From a virus: 64,000 nt of DNA. The DNA is taken from positions 96,001-160,000 of the IMG/VR virus record IMGVR_UViG_3300042197_002762. One strand, given 5' to 3'. The notes under the pieces were generated by a model. That model made no database searches. It had not been told where the DNA came from and saw only the letters and a list, made by a program, of their open reading frames with translations. The position numbers were made by a program, and so were the translations under genes. Shown piece by piece: positions 31,329 to 40,293 of the stretch. Numbering within the stretch: the stretch's first letter is position 1; every line of letters begins with the position of its first letter.

Positions 31329-31663
31329 TTTTGATAGGTAATATAAGCAAACACTGGAGCATTTCCAGATGTAGCCGCTAGTCTAATCTCAGCTATTGGA
31401 GAATCAAAAAAGATAGGATCTCCATAACCAGCCCCAACCCCAGTTGCTGTGTAAAAAGAGACAGCTTCTGCTGAACCACCCGCTAAAAACATTGGGTTTT
31501 GATTTAATTGTGTTTTAGCCTGTAAATCAATATTAACACTAGAACCACTAGCATAAACTACAATAAAACCATTTTTACATAATGCTGTGTTTACCCATTG
31601 ACCAGTAAAAGGAGCTACTTGTCCAGTTGCCAAATATTCTGTTTTAATAAGAGAAGGATTCAT
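31325..31663 (-). CDS. hypothetical protein, probably virion-associated
   Basis: Beta-rich small-residue composition; GTGTAA at 31674-31679. Confidence 0.55.
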   Translation of the reverse strand: MNPSLIKTEYLATGQVAPFTGQWVNTALCKNGFIVVYASGSSVNIDLQAKTQLNQNPMFLAGGSAEAVSFYTATGVGAGYGDPIFFDSPIAEIRLAATSGNAPVFAYITYQN

Positions 31664-31720
31664 TACTTTTTATTTACACATAAAATAGATAGTTTATATT
31701 TTAAAAATTAAAATAATTAA

Positions 31721-32140
31721 ATGAATCGAGAGAAAACAATACAATTTTTACGTCAAATTTGTTTGCAATATGATGTAAAAGTTAAATTTAGGTCACGTTT
31801 TCATAAAGATCTTGATGGTGAAGCAGATGTTGAAAATGAAATAATTTATATAGATAAAAAACTAACAAGAAAAGCTATGGCAGAAGCAGTATTTCACGAA
31901 CTAGGACATATATACTGTTACAGAAAAGGGATTTGGAAAAAATTCCATAAAGAACATGATTATTCAGCAATTAAATCTTTCAAAGCTGAAAATTGGATTG
32001 AACATTGGGCCAAACGTGAATGGGACGCATGGGGAATGAGAAAAATATTTGGACAATATCGCTTTTCTTATTTAAAGAGCGAGCAAAAAAAATTAGTTAA
32101 ATGGATTAAAAAACATTTTAGAATACCTAAAATAAATTAA
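31721..32140 (+). CDS. ImmA/IrrE-like zinc metallopeptidase domain protein
   Basis: IIYID...AVFHELGH. Confidence 0.65.
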   Translation: MNREKTIQFLRQICLQYDVKVKFRSRFHKDLDGEADVENEIIYIDKKLTRKAMAEAVFHELGHIYCYRKGIWKKFHKEHDYSAIKSFKAENWIEHWAKREWDAWGMRKIFGQYRFSYLKSEQKKLVKWIKKHFRIPKIN

Positions 32141-32592
32141 CATCCACAAGTATAAGGCCAAGGGCGATTACATGGATTACAAATCCATCTTGGCGGAGTC
32201 ACAGCGCGAGTAATTCTTACGCCACGATCTCTCCAGCATTTTAAAGGAGTAAACGTGGCTGTAATATACCATAATCCACGACCTATACCACACTGTTCCC
32301 ACGTTTTACCAGGAATAATTAATTTGCCATTTTTTAATGTTCCAATATTATTACTAGAATAAGCATGATATTGAATAGAACCAGGTATTCTAATTATTTT
32401 AGTAACACCACTACCCCCAGGGCAAGTGTTGTTACCTCTAACAGAAACGTAACTATTTACTGATATAGCTGATTGTGGTGCCCATGAACCCACAAATTCT
32501 GTGCCTATTTTTTGATTGCGATAATAAGAACCCTTTAAATTAGCTGTCCAAGCTAATGATACTGTATTTAGTTGTCCTGTCCAAGCTGCCAT
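32137..32592 (-). CDS. hypothetical protein with Cys-rich C-terminus
   Basis: Ends WICNPCNRPWPYTCGC. Confidence 0.55.
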   Translation of the reverse strand: MAAWTGQLNTVSLAWTANLKGSYYRNQKIGTEFVGSWAPQSAISVNSYVSVRGNNTCPGGSGVTKIIRIPGSIQYHAYSSNNIGTLKNGKLIIPGKTWEQCGIGRGLWYITATFTPLKCWRDRGVRITRAVTPPRWICNPCNRPWPYTCGC

Positions 32593-32606
32593 ATTTTATA
32601 TTTCTA

Positions 32607-34355
32607 TTATGTTACGATTTTTGGTTTTGCTGGTAATTGGTTATTTCCAGTCCAATTACAGCTTCTTGGATTGGAAGGGTCATAAAAAGTTTGACATCTT
32701 GTTGGTATTATACTATCATTTGGAAGTCTAATTCCAGCAGAAGTTGCAATACCACTTTGTTGACATTGGATTATTATTCCTGTTGGGGTAATAACTTCAT
32801 AACATTTGGAGCCTGTTGGCCAACTTCCCGAGTTAAATAATTTAACAACTTTTTTAACTCTATTATTATTTTTTGTAAAACCTTTATCCCAAAGAGTTCC
32901 GAATAATTTTGCACGAGCGTCTTTTTCAGCACGATTTTTTGCTATGTATTGGGGCTCATTATATGATTTATTACTATAAGCAATTTTTTTAGAAAAGAAA
33001 GTTCCAAATAAACCATTTTCGATACTTTTATCATCAATATAATGTGTATGGGTTGTTCCATTTCCTGATAAAACTCCAGTTCCAGAAACAAAATAATTTA
33101 CAGAGTAAAAATCAAATTGCAAATTATTCGAACCATAATCACCATTTTTTGTTCTTACAACTTCTATTTGAAAAGGCGTCCCACTTGGAATAATACCATT
33201 CCAAGTACCTGTATTCATTGCATCTTTTCTATAAACTGGTTCATATAATTTGTAGAAATTAGTATTTGCTAATGGAACATTTTGTTTAAGTCTAACTTGT
33301 TCTAAGTTTACAAATTCAACAAACGAGTTATCAGAACCACTAGTAAAACCAGAACCAGAAATAAATGTTCCGGATTCTGGGAACTTTCTATAACTTAAAC
33401 CACTAAAAGCAGTATCTTCACTAGAAACAGAAATTAAACTGCCACTTCTTAATATATATACATCTCTAGTACCAACAACTTGACCATTTTTTCCAGTTTT
33501 TGGTGCTGCATTTGGTCTTCCAGAAAGTTCAGCCCAAAATCCCGAAAAGGTTTCTACTTTATGAGGGCTTACGTAAACAATATTTTTTGTATTTATTCCT
33601 GTACTGATTATGATTAAATCCTTTATACCAGTAGTAACATTATTACCACTCAATGAAAATATATTTTTAATTTTAGGAACAACAACTAAATCATGCCTAA
33701 AGGCTGGAAAGGATTTGGTTTCATAAGAGTGTGGATAAGTAGCCCATCTGGCACCGCTTGGTAAATTGCCACTAGTATTACCAACTAAAACGCCAGTTTC
33801 ACCTAAACCAGAACCATATATTTTATTTTTGTTATAAGAAACTCTTGTGGTAGCAATTTTATAAAATTGAGAAAACCCTGTAGTTAACTTGAAATATCTT
33901 TCTTTTTCTCCAAATCTTATTCCGGTAACTCCAGATACTACGAAAGTTTGCTCTGGAGAAGAAGTTAAACGACTAAATGAAGCAAAAATAGGATCATAAG
34001 GATTATCTGGATATACTTGATTATAGACAGAATAATTTAATAATTCACCATTGGTTTGAATAGAACTTTCTGATTCTGCATAAAAATAATTCGTTTGACG
34101 AATATCGGAATTTTGAATTTCAACATATTTTTCTCCATTAGCCTCTTCTGAAACTAATGTTAAAACTTGCTTTGGTTTTCTTAAAGTTCCCAAGTTGATA
34201 TTTTTTATTCTTATATTTGTATAAGATAAAGGCTCTTTTGTTTTTTTATCAAAAGATATGGGTGATAAATTTTCTAAATCTTTTTTAAGATTATCTACTT
34301 GTGAACGATCAATTAGGCCAAGGCCTAATTTTCTTCTTTTATAATTGCTATTCAT
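32607..34355 (-). CDS. large Ser/Gly/Thr-rich protein, putative tail/virion component
   Basis: 582 aa, repeated SG/TG dipeptides, in a late-motif transcription unit. Confidence 0.5.
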   Translation of the reverse strand: MNSNYKRRKLGLGLIDRSQVDNLKKDLENLSPISFDKKTKEPLSYTNIRIKNINLGTLRKPKQVLTLVSEEANGEKYVEIQNSDIRQTNYFYAESESSIQTNGELLNYSVYNQVYPDNPYDPIFASFSRLTSSPEQTFVVSGVTGIRFGEKERYFKLTTGFSQFYKIATTRVSYNKNKIYGSGLGETGVLVGNTSGNLPSGARWATYPHSYETKSFPAFRHDLVVVPKIKNIFSLSGNNVTTGIKDLIIISTGINTKNIVYVSPHKVETFSGFWAELSGRPNAAPKTGKNGQVVGTRDVYILRSGSLISVSSEDTAFSGLSYRKFPESGTFISGSGFTSGSDNSFVEFVNLEQVRLKQNVPLANTNFYKLYEPVYRKDAMNTGTWNGIIPSGTPFQIEVVRTKNGDYGSNNLQFDFYSVNYFVSGTGVLSGNGTTHTHYIDDKSIENGLFGTFFSKKIAYSNKSYNEPQYIAKNRAEKDARAKLFGTLWDKGFTKNNNRVKKVVKLFNSGSWPTGSKCYEVITPTGIIIQCQQSGIATSAGIRLPNDSIIPTRCQTFYDPSNPRSCNWTGNNQLPAKPKIVT

Positions 34356-34362
34356 TATGTTT

Positions 34363-34726
34363 AATCCGCCATCCAGATGTCAGTTACTAACCTAAGTTCG
34401 TCCACGACCAGTGAACTACCCTAGGATTTGGGTCCGAATCTAGTAGGTCTCCGAACCAGCTCGGCAAAACTTTGTGTCTTGACTGTTGAGTGGCTCAATG
34501 CAACAATGATGTTATCGTATACTTGTTTATAATATACTTCTTTATGTCACCATAAAGGTCAGACTATATCTTCTTTCTTACGAAAGTTCGGGCGCTCGTG
34601 GGCCGTATTATTGTTGGGACTCAACAGCCTAGTCGTTACACCTTCCATCTTATCTTTCCCAGATGGCTTGGATCGGGATTGTCTTTATTTCTAAAGAGTT
34701 TCCCCGAATTCACCCGATAACGGACT
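34363..34726 (-). ncRNA. group I self-splicing ribozyme, apparently circularly permuted
   Basis: P3 UCGGGUG/CGCCCGA; P4-P6 AAUUCGGGGAAAC...GACAAUCCCGAUCCAAGC...GAAGGUGUA; P7 ACGACUA/UAGUCU; J8/7 AAGAUA; P9 with GUGA tetraloop; 5' and 3' ends pair. Confidence 0.8.
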
Positions 34727-34734
34727 TGCTAAAA

Positions 34735-34746
34735 TTTTAAAGAACT
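34735..34746 (-). promoter_or_regulatory. boxA-like antitermination element
   Basis: AGTTCTTTAAAA between GTGTAA (34755-34760) and the ribozyme. Confidence 0.5.
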
Positions 34747-34808
34747 ATTTATTATTACACATTATTTTTTAAATAGACTTAAATTTTAAATTAAAGTATA
34801 ATAAAATT

Positions 34809-35069
34809 ATGATCGCAGAAATATTTGGAATAATAATGACATTAAGTTTTATGTTGTGTTATCTTCCTCAAATTGTTAAAATTTATAAAAATAAATCATC
34901 AGAAGGCGTATCTTTAATGCTTGTAATTATGTGCATAATTGGGTATATATCTGGGATGATATATATGTTTTTAACCCAGTTTGGAATTTGGTGGTTTGCA
35001 AATTATTCTGTTGGGTTAATAATGTGTATAATACTTGTTTATGCTTGGTTTAAATTTGCAGAAAAATAG
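34809..35069 (+). CDS. PQ-loop / SemiSWEET-like membrane protein
   Basis: YLPQIVKIYKNKSSEGVSL, three TM helices; promoter TAGACT-17-TATAAT at 34774-34802. Confidence 0.8.
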   Translation: MIAEIFGIIMTLSFMLCYLPQIVKIYKNKSSEGVSLMLVIMCIIGYISGMIYMFLTQFGIWWFANYSVGLIMCIILVYAWFKFAEK

Positions 35070-35072
35070 TTT

Positions 35073-35146
35073 GGGGGATTGTTGTAATGGTAGCGAGCGG
35101 CCTTTACACGGCTGAAGCAGGAGTTCGATTCTCTTATCCCCTACCA
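35073..35146 (+). tRNA. tRNA-Val(UAC), CCA encoded
   Basis: GGGGGAT/ATCCCCT acceptor, anticodon loop TTTACAC, T-loop TTCGATT. Confidence 0.88.
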
Positions 35147-35184
35147 TTAAATGTCTTTAGTGGTATATTGGTGTAATCACATAT

Positions 35185-35721
35185 ATGACCACTATTTTAA
35201 AAGAATATATCATTAAGGATAAACATGGAAAGAGCCGTAGTCATGTTGATTTTAAATGTGATTTTTGTTCTAAAAAACATACTAAAGAAAAAAGATTAGT
35301 TAAAAATAATAATTTTTGTTCAGTTTTATGTTCCAATAATTTTAGATATAAAGATGTAAAAAAAATTAAAACAAAATGCGCATATTGTAAACAAGATATT
35401 ATTCGAAGTCCATCTAAACATCGAGCTAAGTCTGGTTTATGTTTTTGCTCTAAGAAATGCAAAGACGAAGGTCAAAAAATTAAAAACAATATACAAGATG
35501 TTTGGCCATCTCATTATGGTTTGGCAAATGGTTTCCATTCTTACAGAAAACTAGCTTTATCTCATTATGAAAAAAAATGTGCAAAATGTGGATATAAAAA
35601 AATTCCAGATATTTTACAGGTGCATCATATAGATCATAATCGAAGCAATAATGATATTAATAATTTACAAATTTTATGCCCTAATTGTCATTCTATAGAG
35701 CATTTGTGTAAAAAAGATTGA
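35185..35721 (+). CDS. HNH endonuclease with N-terminal Cys/Zn repeats
   Basis: CxxC...FCS..C repeats; CAKCG...QVHHIDHNRSNN...LCPNCH. Confidence 0.88.
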   Translation: MTTILKEYIIKDKHGKSRSHVDFKCDFCSKKHTKEKRLVKNNNFCSVLCSNNFRYKDVKKIKTKCAYCKQDIIRSPSKHRAKSGLCFCSKKCKDEGQKIKNNIQDVWPSHYGLANGFHSYRKLALSHYEKKCAKCGYKKIPDILQVHHIDHNRSNNDINNLQILCPNCHSIEHLCKKD

Positions 35722-35819
35722 CTTTATAAATAAAATTTGGGATTATCTCGTAAAAGGAGCCGACTTTCCGCTGGTTGTGGTTTTCCCAGAGCAGTCGCGG
35801 GTAAACTGCTCACATTTAA

Positions 35820-35892
35820 GGGGGTGTAGCTCATCTGGTAGAGCAGGACCTTTGCAAGGTCAAGGTAGCAGGTTCGAACCCTGTCACCTCCA
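35820..35892 (+). tRNA. tRNA-Ala(UGC)
   Basis: G3:U70 pair, anticodon TGC, GGTTCGAACCC. Confidence 0.93.
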
Positions 35893-35897
35893 TAAAA

Positions 35898-35979
35898 GCT
35901 CAAATGGCGAAACTGGCAGACGCGACAGACTTAGGATCTGTTTCCGTAAGGAGTGTGGGTTCAACTCCCTCTTTGAGCA
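35898..35979 (+). tRNA. tRNA-Leu(UAG)
   Basis: GCTCAAA/TTTGAGC, ACAGA-CTTAGGA-TCTGT, long variable arm. Confidence 0.92.
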
Positions 35980-35981
35980 TT

Positions 35982-36419
35982 TTATTCAACAGTGCATTCA
36001 CCATCACAATTATTAAAACAAAGACTAACATCAAATTCTTCACATTCTAATAATGTTGATGGATATGGTTTGTAAGCAGGGTTTGGTTCTATAACTCCAG
36101 TTTCAGGATTTGTATAAGCAGCTTGATTACAAGGGGCGGGCTGAGCATTTAAACAATCGTTTACCCATTGTTTTGCTTGATTTTTCAGCGCTTCTATTAA
36201 TTCGTCTTTATAAGATGCTATTATAGCATCATCAGCAGCCCCTTTACATTCTTTTTGTATTTTTGATTCATCATCATAAAAAACAATAAAATCAAAATTA
36301 TATACAGGTTCAGAATTAGGAGCTATCTCGCCCCCAAAATCTGCCGAGCCACAAACTCCACCCTGAACATCTACACAACAATTCGAACATTTACCATTGT
36401 TTTTACTAGTGGTACTCAT
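35982..36419 (-). CDS. acidic Cys-rich hypothetical protein
   Basis: MSTTSKNNGKCSNCC N-terminus. Confidence 0.6.
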   Translation of the reverse strand: MSTTSKNNGKCSNCCVDVQGGVCGSADFGGEIAPNSEPVYNFDFIVFYDDESKIQKECKGAADDAIIASYKDELIEALKNQAKQWVNDCLNAQPAPCNQAAYTNPETGVIEPNPAYKPYPSTLLECEEFDVSLCFNNCDGECTVE

Positions 36420-36426
36420 AAAGTAA

Positions 36427-36837
36427 TTATTGTGGGGAAATATCTACATTTCCAATATCAACATCAGCAGTAGCGCCGCCACCACTTTCTGCATCAATGG
36501 TAGCAGCAAAGTCAGCGCATACCTCAAATGATTGACCATTTTCAAAATAGAAGGTATCCCATCTTTCTCTAATATATTGTGCTAAAGCATCTGCTAATGC
36601 TTGCGCCAAAGCATTTTCAAGTGCTGTTTGGGCATTTTGTTTTAAAGGTTTATCAGACTGTTGATTTGTTATATCTGGCCCCGTAGGAGAAGTTAAATCA
36701 AAAGTTCCAGAACCTCCCGTGTGTGGCGTCGTTGGGTCGATTTCAATTGTAAATGTCATGCATCCGTTTCCATCTACAGCTCTTTGACATGAGTTGTTAT
36801 TGTTAGATTTAGTGTTGGCGGTTGAAGATGTGCTCAT
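36427..36837 (-). CDS. acidic Ser/Thr-rich hypothetical protein
   Basis: MSTSSTANTKS N-terminus; GTGTAA at 36863-36868. Confidence 0.6.
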   Translation of the reverse strand: MSTSSTANTKSNNNNSCQRAVDGNGCMTFTIEIDPTTPHTGGSGTFDLTSPTGPDITNQQSDKPLKQNAQTALENALAQALADALAQYIRERWDTFYFENGQSFEVCADFAATIDAESGGGATADVDIGNVDISPQ

Positions 36838-36902
36838 TTATTTTTATAACGATATTATAGTATTACACCTTTTTATACTTGATTTATAAAATTTATTTGA
36901 AA

Positions 36903-37436
36903 CTAGTAGCAGCCACAACCTACTGGCTGACCACAGGTACAAATAATTTGTCCTTCATAAAAAGTGTAGACATCAGTATATTCAATTACCGTTTCCCTAT
37001 CAAAGGATTTAGACTCAGGACCCGCAGTCGTTAATATTTCTGGCGGTGGGGGGTTTGGATTTGGCCCAGAACACTGCCAATAAAAATCAACACTAGGATT
37101 AGTATTTCCTAAAAATTCTTCCCTATTAACTGTTTTCTGATCTACCTCCCGAACATTAGAAGCTTGACCAATACAACTACGATCTGCCCCAATATAATAG
37201 TCTTCTACAAATTCATGATTATAATCTGCGAGTACTTGGTCTTTATCCCAATTAGGATCGCTAACCATATAAGGACCCCCACCTGGTGGATAAACATTAC
37301 AACTAGAAGGTGGATTTGGGGGCATGGCATTTGGAGGGGCTTTACTAACCTCCCGTTCTTTATAAACCTCCACATGTGTCCAATTAATATTAATTAGACA
37401 TTGTTTACACCCACCATTTTTTGAGGAAGTACTCAT
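36903..37436 (-). CDS. Cys/Pro-rich hypothetical protein (paralog of 25477-26043)
   Basis: MSTSSKNGGCKQC...CTCGQPVGCGCY; GTGTAA at 37445-37450. Confidence 0.65.
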   Translation of the reverse strand: MSTSSKNGGCKQCLININWTHVEVYKEREVSKAPPNAMPPNPPSSCNVYPPGGGPYMVSDPNWDKDQVLADYNHEFVEDYYIGADRSCIGQASNVREVDQKTVNREEFLGNTNPSVDFYWQCSGPNPNPPPPEILTTAGPESKSFDRETVIEYTDVYTFYEGQIICTCGQPVGCGCY

Positions 37437-37487
37437 ATGATGATTTACACAAAATATTTGACTATTATTAAATTTTATTTATAATAA

Positions 37488-37703
37488 ATGAAGCGTGTGA
37501 ACAAGCGATCTGCTATGAGCAAATTCAAAAAACCAACAAAAAAAGAAATTAAACGTATGGCAGAACTTTTAGTTAAATATTATGAAAAGGATATTAATCG
37601 TGAACGTGAGAATGATTTGTATCTTGCCTTAAATAGTCGCTTGCATAAACAAGCGAGTATTGAAGTTGTTTTATCTACATTTTTTGGTTTAGACCCTTTT
37701 TAA
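37488..37703 (+). CDS. hypothetical protein
   Basis: TTGACT promoter at 37458; start 37488 or 37515. Confidence 0.55.
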   Translation: MKRVNKRSAMSKFKKPTKKEIKRMAELLVKYYEKDINRERENDLYLALNSRLHKQASIEVVLSTFFGLDPF

Positions 37704-37704
37704 T

Positions 37705-38865
37705 ATGAGTAAATCCTACAGAATTCCAAAATCTAAATTACCAGAATTAACTTTAACTGGTTTATTTCATTCTGAATTTATAAACCCAATTGCATTAATA
37801 GCTTCCTTATATGAAGGAGAAATGCCATCATACAAAAGATACAGAGAGAATTTTTTTAAAGAGAAACTTATTGATTACTTAAATAAAAATGGCGGACAAA
37901 TCGTTCAAGTTGGTGAAGAAGTTTTAGTTTCTAAAACTATAGACGATTTGGAGCAAGAAGAAGGAGAAGAACCATTTATAGTCGGTGGCGAAGTTATCAT
38001 TCCTAGTTTTGATTATGAAGAAGGTTCAATTTATTTTTATAAAGATAACTTCATACAAATTAGTTCTGAAAATGGAAGGGATAAAGACAAATGTAAATTA
38101 ATGTTTTATTATCCAACGAGTAAAGAATGTGTTGATGAAGAATTTAGAGAGTTTATGGATATGGACAAACGTCCTAATGTATTCATGGTAAATCAAGATT
38201 ATGGTAATTTTAATTTTTCTAAATTTAATATTAATTTACCGGAAACATTTGATCTTGAATTAAACTATGGAGAAGATTTTGAAAAAGTAAGTGAAAAGAT
38301 GATTAAATCACTTCATGAAAATTCGTCTGGCCTGTACATGCTTCATGGTAAACCTGGAACAGGCAAAACAACTTATATAAGATATTTAGCATCAGTGCTT
38401 AAGAAAGATGTTATTTTCTTTCCGACTTCTTTTGTCGATGAAATTACAAACCCTTCGATCCTTTCCTTGTTGAAAAAGAAACAAGACTGCGTAATGATTC
38501 TTGAAGATGCGGAAAAAGCTCTTACTAAACGTCATCTTTCAGACCAGCCCTCTCTTGTTTCAACACTGCTTAACATGACAGATGGTATTTTAGGTGATGT
38601 TCTTAAATTAAATGTTATTGTTACTTACAACTGTGATCGTCAAGATATTGACGAAGCACTTTTAAGAAAAGGTCGTTTGAAAGCTGAGTATTCATTCCAA
38701 GGTCTCAAAAAGCATCAAGCAGAAAAGCTTATTAAAAAACTTGACATTGACATCAAACCAGAAGATAATATGACCTTAGCTGATATTTATTACGCAAAAA
38801 GTGATGAAGAACTTATTGGTAATATCAAAAGTCTTGAAAAACCCAAAATAGGATTTATGCCATGA
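37705..38865 (+). CDS. AAA ATPase (BCS1-like)
   Basis: HGKPGTGKT, ILEDAE, LLNMTDG, ALLRKGR. Confidence 0.88.
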   Translation: MSKSYRIPKSKLPELTLTGLFHSEFINPIALIASLYEGEMPSYKRYRENFFKEKLIDYLNKNGGQIVQVGEEVLVSKTIDDLEQEEGEEPFIVGGEVIIPSFDYEEGSIYFYKDNFIQISSENGRDKDKCKLMFYYPTSKECVDEEFREFMDMDKRPNVFMVNQDYGNFNFSKFNINLPETFDLELNYGEDFEKVSEKMIKSLHENSSGLYMLHGKPGTGKTTYIRYLASVLKKDVIFFPTSFVDEITNPSILSLLKKKQDCVMILEDAEKALTKRHLSDQPSLVSTLLNMTDGILGDVLKLNVIVTYNCDRQDIDEALLRKGRLKAEYSFQGLKKHQAEKLIKKLDIDIKPEDNMTLADIYYAKSDEELIGNIKSLEKPKIGFMP

Positions 38866-39509
38866 AAAATAAGCAAGTAAAAATTAAACCAAATAAAACT
38901 GCTCGCAAAGTAGAAAAAATGAAAACAGATGTTAAAGATTTCGCGGCGAGTACGAAAAAAATCAATATCGTTGATCCCGCCGAATATAAATCTACTTGGC
39001 GGACAAAATTTAATTTAAACATTTTACTTCCGTGGCTTATGTTTAAGAAAAGTATTTCTTACCGAATTCCCTATCAAATTCGTGATGGGTGGTATAAATT
39101 TAAATGTTTTTTTAATCCGAAAAATAAAAAATACCGCGCCGCGATTCCAAATACTTGGGTTGATGTTTGCGCCCTTATTGAAGACGTAAATTTCGCCTTC
39201 ATTAAAGGTTTTTACGAAGATGAATATAAAAGTGGTTTGGTAGACTGGGAAGGTTCTGGCGAACAGAATTCAAAATTTGCTAAGTGGCTTGAAAAAGCAT
39301 ATCAGTATATCACAGTCGAAAGACCACAATTGCAAAAAGATTTGGATGAGGCTTATCCGCCACTGACAGGCAAACGTCTTACGGAAATCAATCGTGATTC
39401 TTATGAGAAAGAATATGCAGAAGTTCATCGTATTGAAAAATTAATTCAAGATAAAGATACAAAGGTCTTGACAGAAACTATAAAATATAGACAATATTTC
39501 TGGACATGA
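38862..39509 (+). CDS. hypothetical protein
   Basis: 215-aa coupled ORF. Confidence 0.65.
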   Translation: MKNKQVKIKPNKTARKVEKMKTDVKDFAASTKKINIVDPAEYKSTWRTKFNLNILLPWLMFKKSISYRIPYQIRDGWYKFKCFFNPKNKKYRAAIPNTWVDVCALIEDVNFAFIKGFYEDEYKSGLVDWEGSGEQNSKFAKWLEKAYQYITVERPQLQKDLDEAYPPLTGKRLTEINRDSYEKEYAEVHRIEKLIQDKDTKVLTETIKYRQYFWT

Positions 39510-39883
39510 GTGAAGATTCTCCAAAGTACGAAGTTCTCTATAATCATAATACTCTTTTAGAAACTCGTAAATTTGACAATAAGTCAGAATCAATTTATAC
39601 AATTACCGTAGTTCCAGAAAAATCTGGGGAACGTTGTCGCTGTATTGGTTTTTATACCAGATATAGTGACGCCCTACATTTTATAGAAAAATTTGGCATC
39701 AATGGCCTTGATGAAGGCGGCTTGTTTAAATATTTAGTAATTGAAAAAGTTTTAGAAGGCATCTATGCCATGTCCGAAGAATTTGAAGAGTCATGGTTTG
39801 AAGCAGATTTCAAGACAATGAAATGGAAAGAAATAAAAAAGCCAGAAAAGTTTAAAGGTGTAATTAACTTTGGGCTTGGATAA
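39506..39883 (+). CDS. hypothetical protein
   Basis: RCRCIGFY motif; coupled ORF. Confidence 0.6.
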   Translation: MSEDSPKYEVLYNHNTLLETRKFDNKSESIYTITVVPEKSGERCRCIGFYTRYSDALHFIEKFGINGLDEGGLFKYLVIEKVLEGIYAMSEEFEESWFEADFKTMKWKEIKKPEKFKGVINFGLG

Positions 39884-39884
39884 T

Positions 39885-40280
39885 ATGGCTAAATACGAAA
39901 ATTTTATTATTACAAAAGAGTTTTTAGACGAAAATCCAAATGCTGTATTTATCTTTGGTGATAATCTTCGTCGGGTGGGTTATGGTGGCGCAGCAGCTTT
40001 AAGAGACCATCCGCAAACGTACGGATTTATTACTAAAAAAAGTCCTGATAATATGGACGATTCTTTTTATCGACCAGATACTTATACAACAGATTTTCTA
40101 GCCTATGCGGTAGAGTTACAGCTTTTTGTTGAAAAAAATACAGATAAAACCTTTTATATTTCTCAACTTGGCGGCGGATTAGCCAATAGATACAAAATAT
40201 GGGAAAAAGTTCTTAAACCTGGATTAATAAAATATTTTGCACATTACGATAATGTTGTATTCCTTTGGGATAAAGATTAA
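39885..40280 (+). CDS. macro-domain-like phage protein
   Basis: FIFGDN...G.GGAAA and LGGGLA Gly-rich loops. Confidence 0.4.
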   Translation: MAKYENFIITKEFLDENPNAVFIFGDNLRRVGYGGAAALRDHPQTYGFITKKSPDNMDDSFYRPDTYTTDFLAYAVELQLFVEKNTDKTFYISQLGGGLANRYKIWEKVLKPGLIKYFAHYDNVVFLWDKD

Positions 40281-40293
40281 TGTAATAATATGA

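Noticed and set aside
34363-34726. Conventional group I intron interrupting a tRNA or CDS
   Set aside because: No tRNA halves flank it, there is no upstream ORF or P1, and an in-frame TGA lies just upstream of the 34355 start codon.
35898-35979. Amber/ochre suppressor tRNAs or stop-codon recoding
   Set aside because: Anticodons UAG and UAA (59889-59971) read Leu codons CUA and UUA. Conserved genes are intact in code 11 and end at TAA, TAG or TGA.
35777-36016. 79-aa plus-strand ORF
   Set aside because: Overlaps tRNA-Ala and tRNA-Leu; a shadow ORF.
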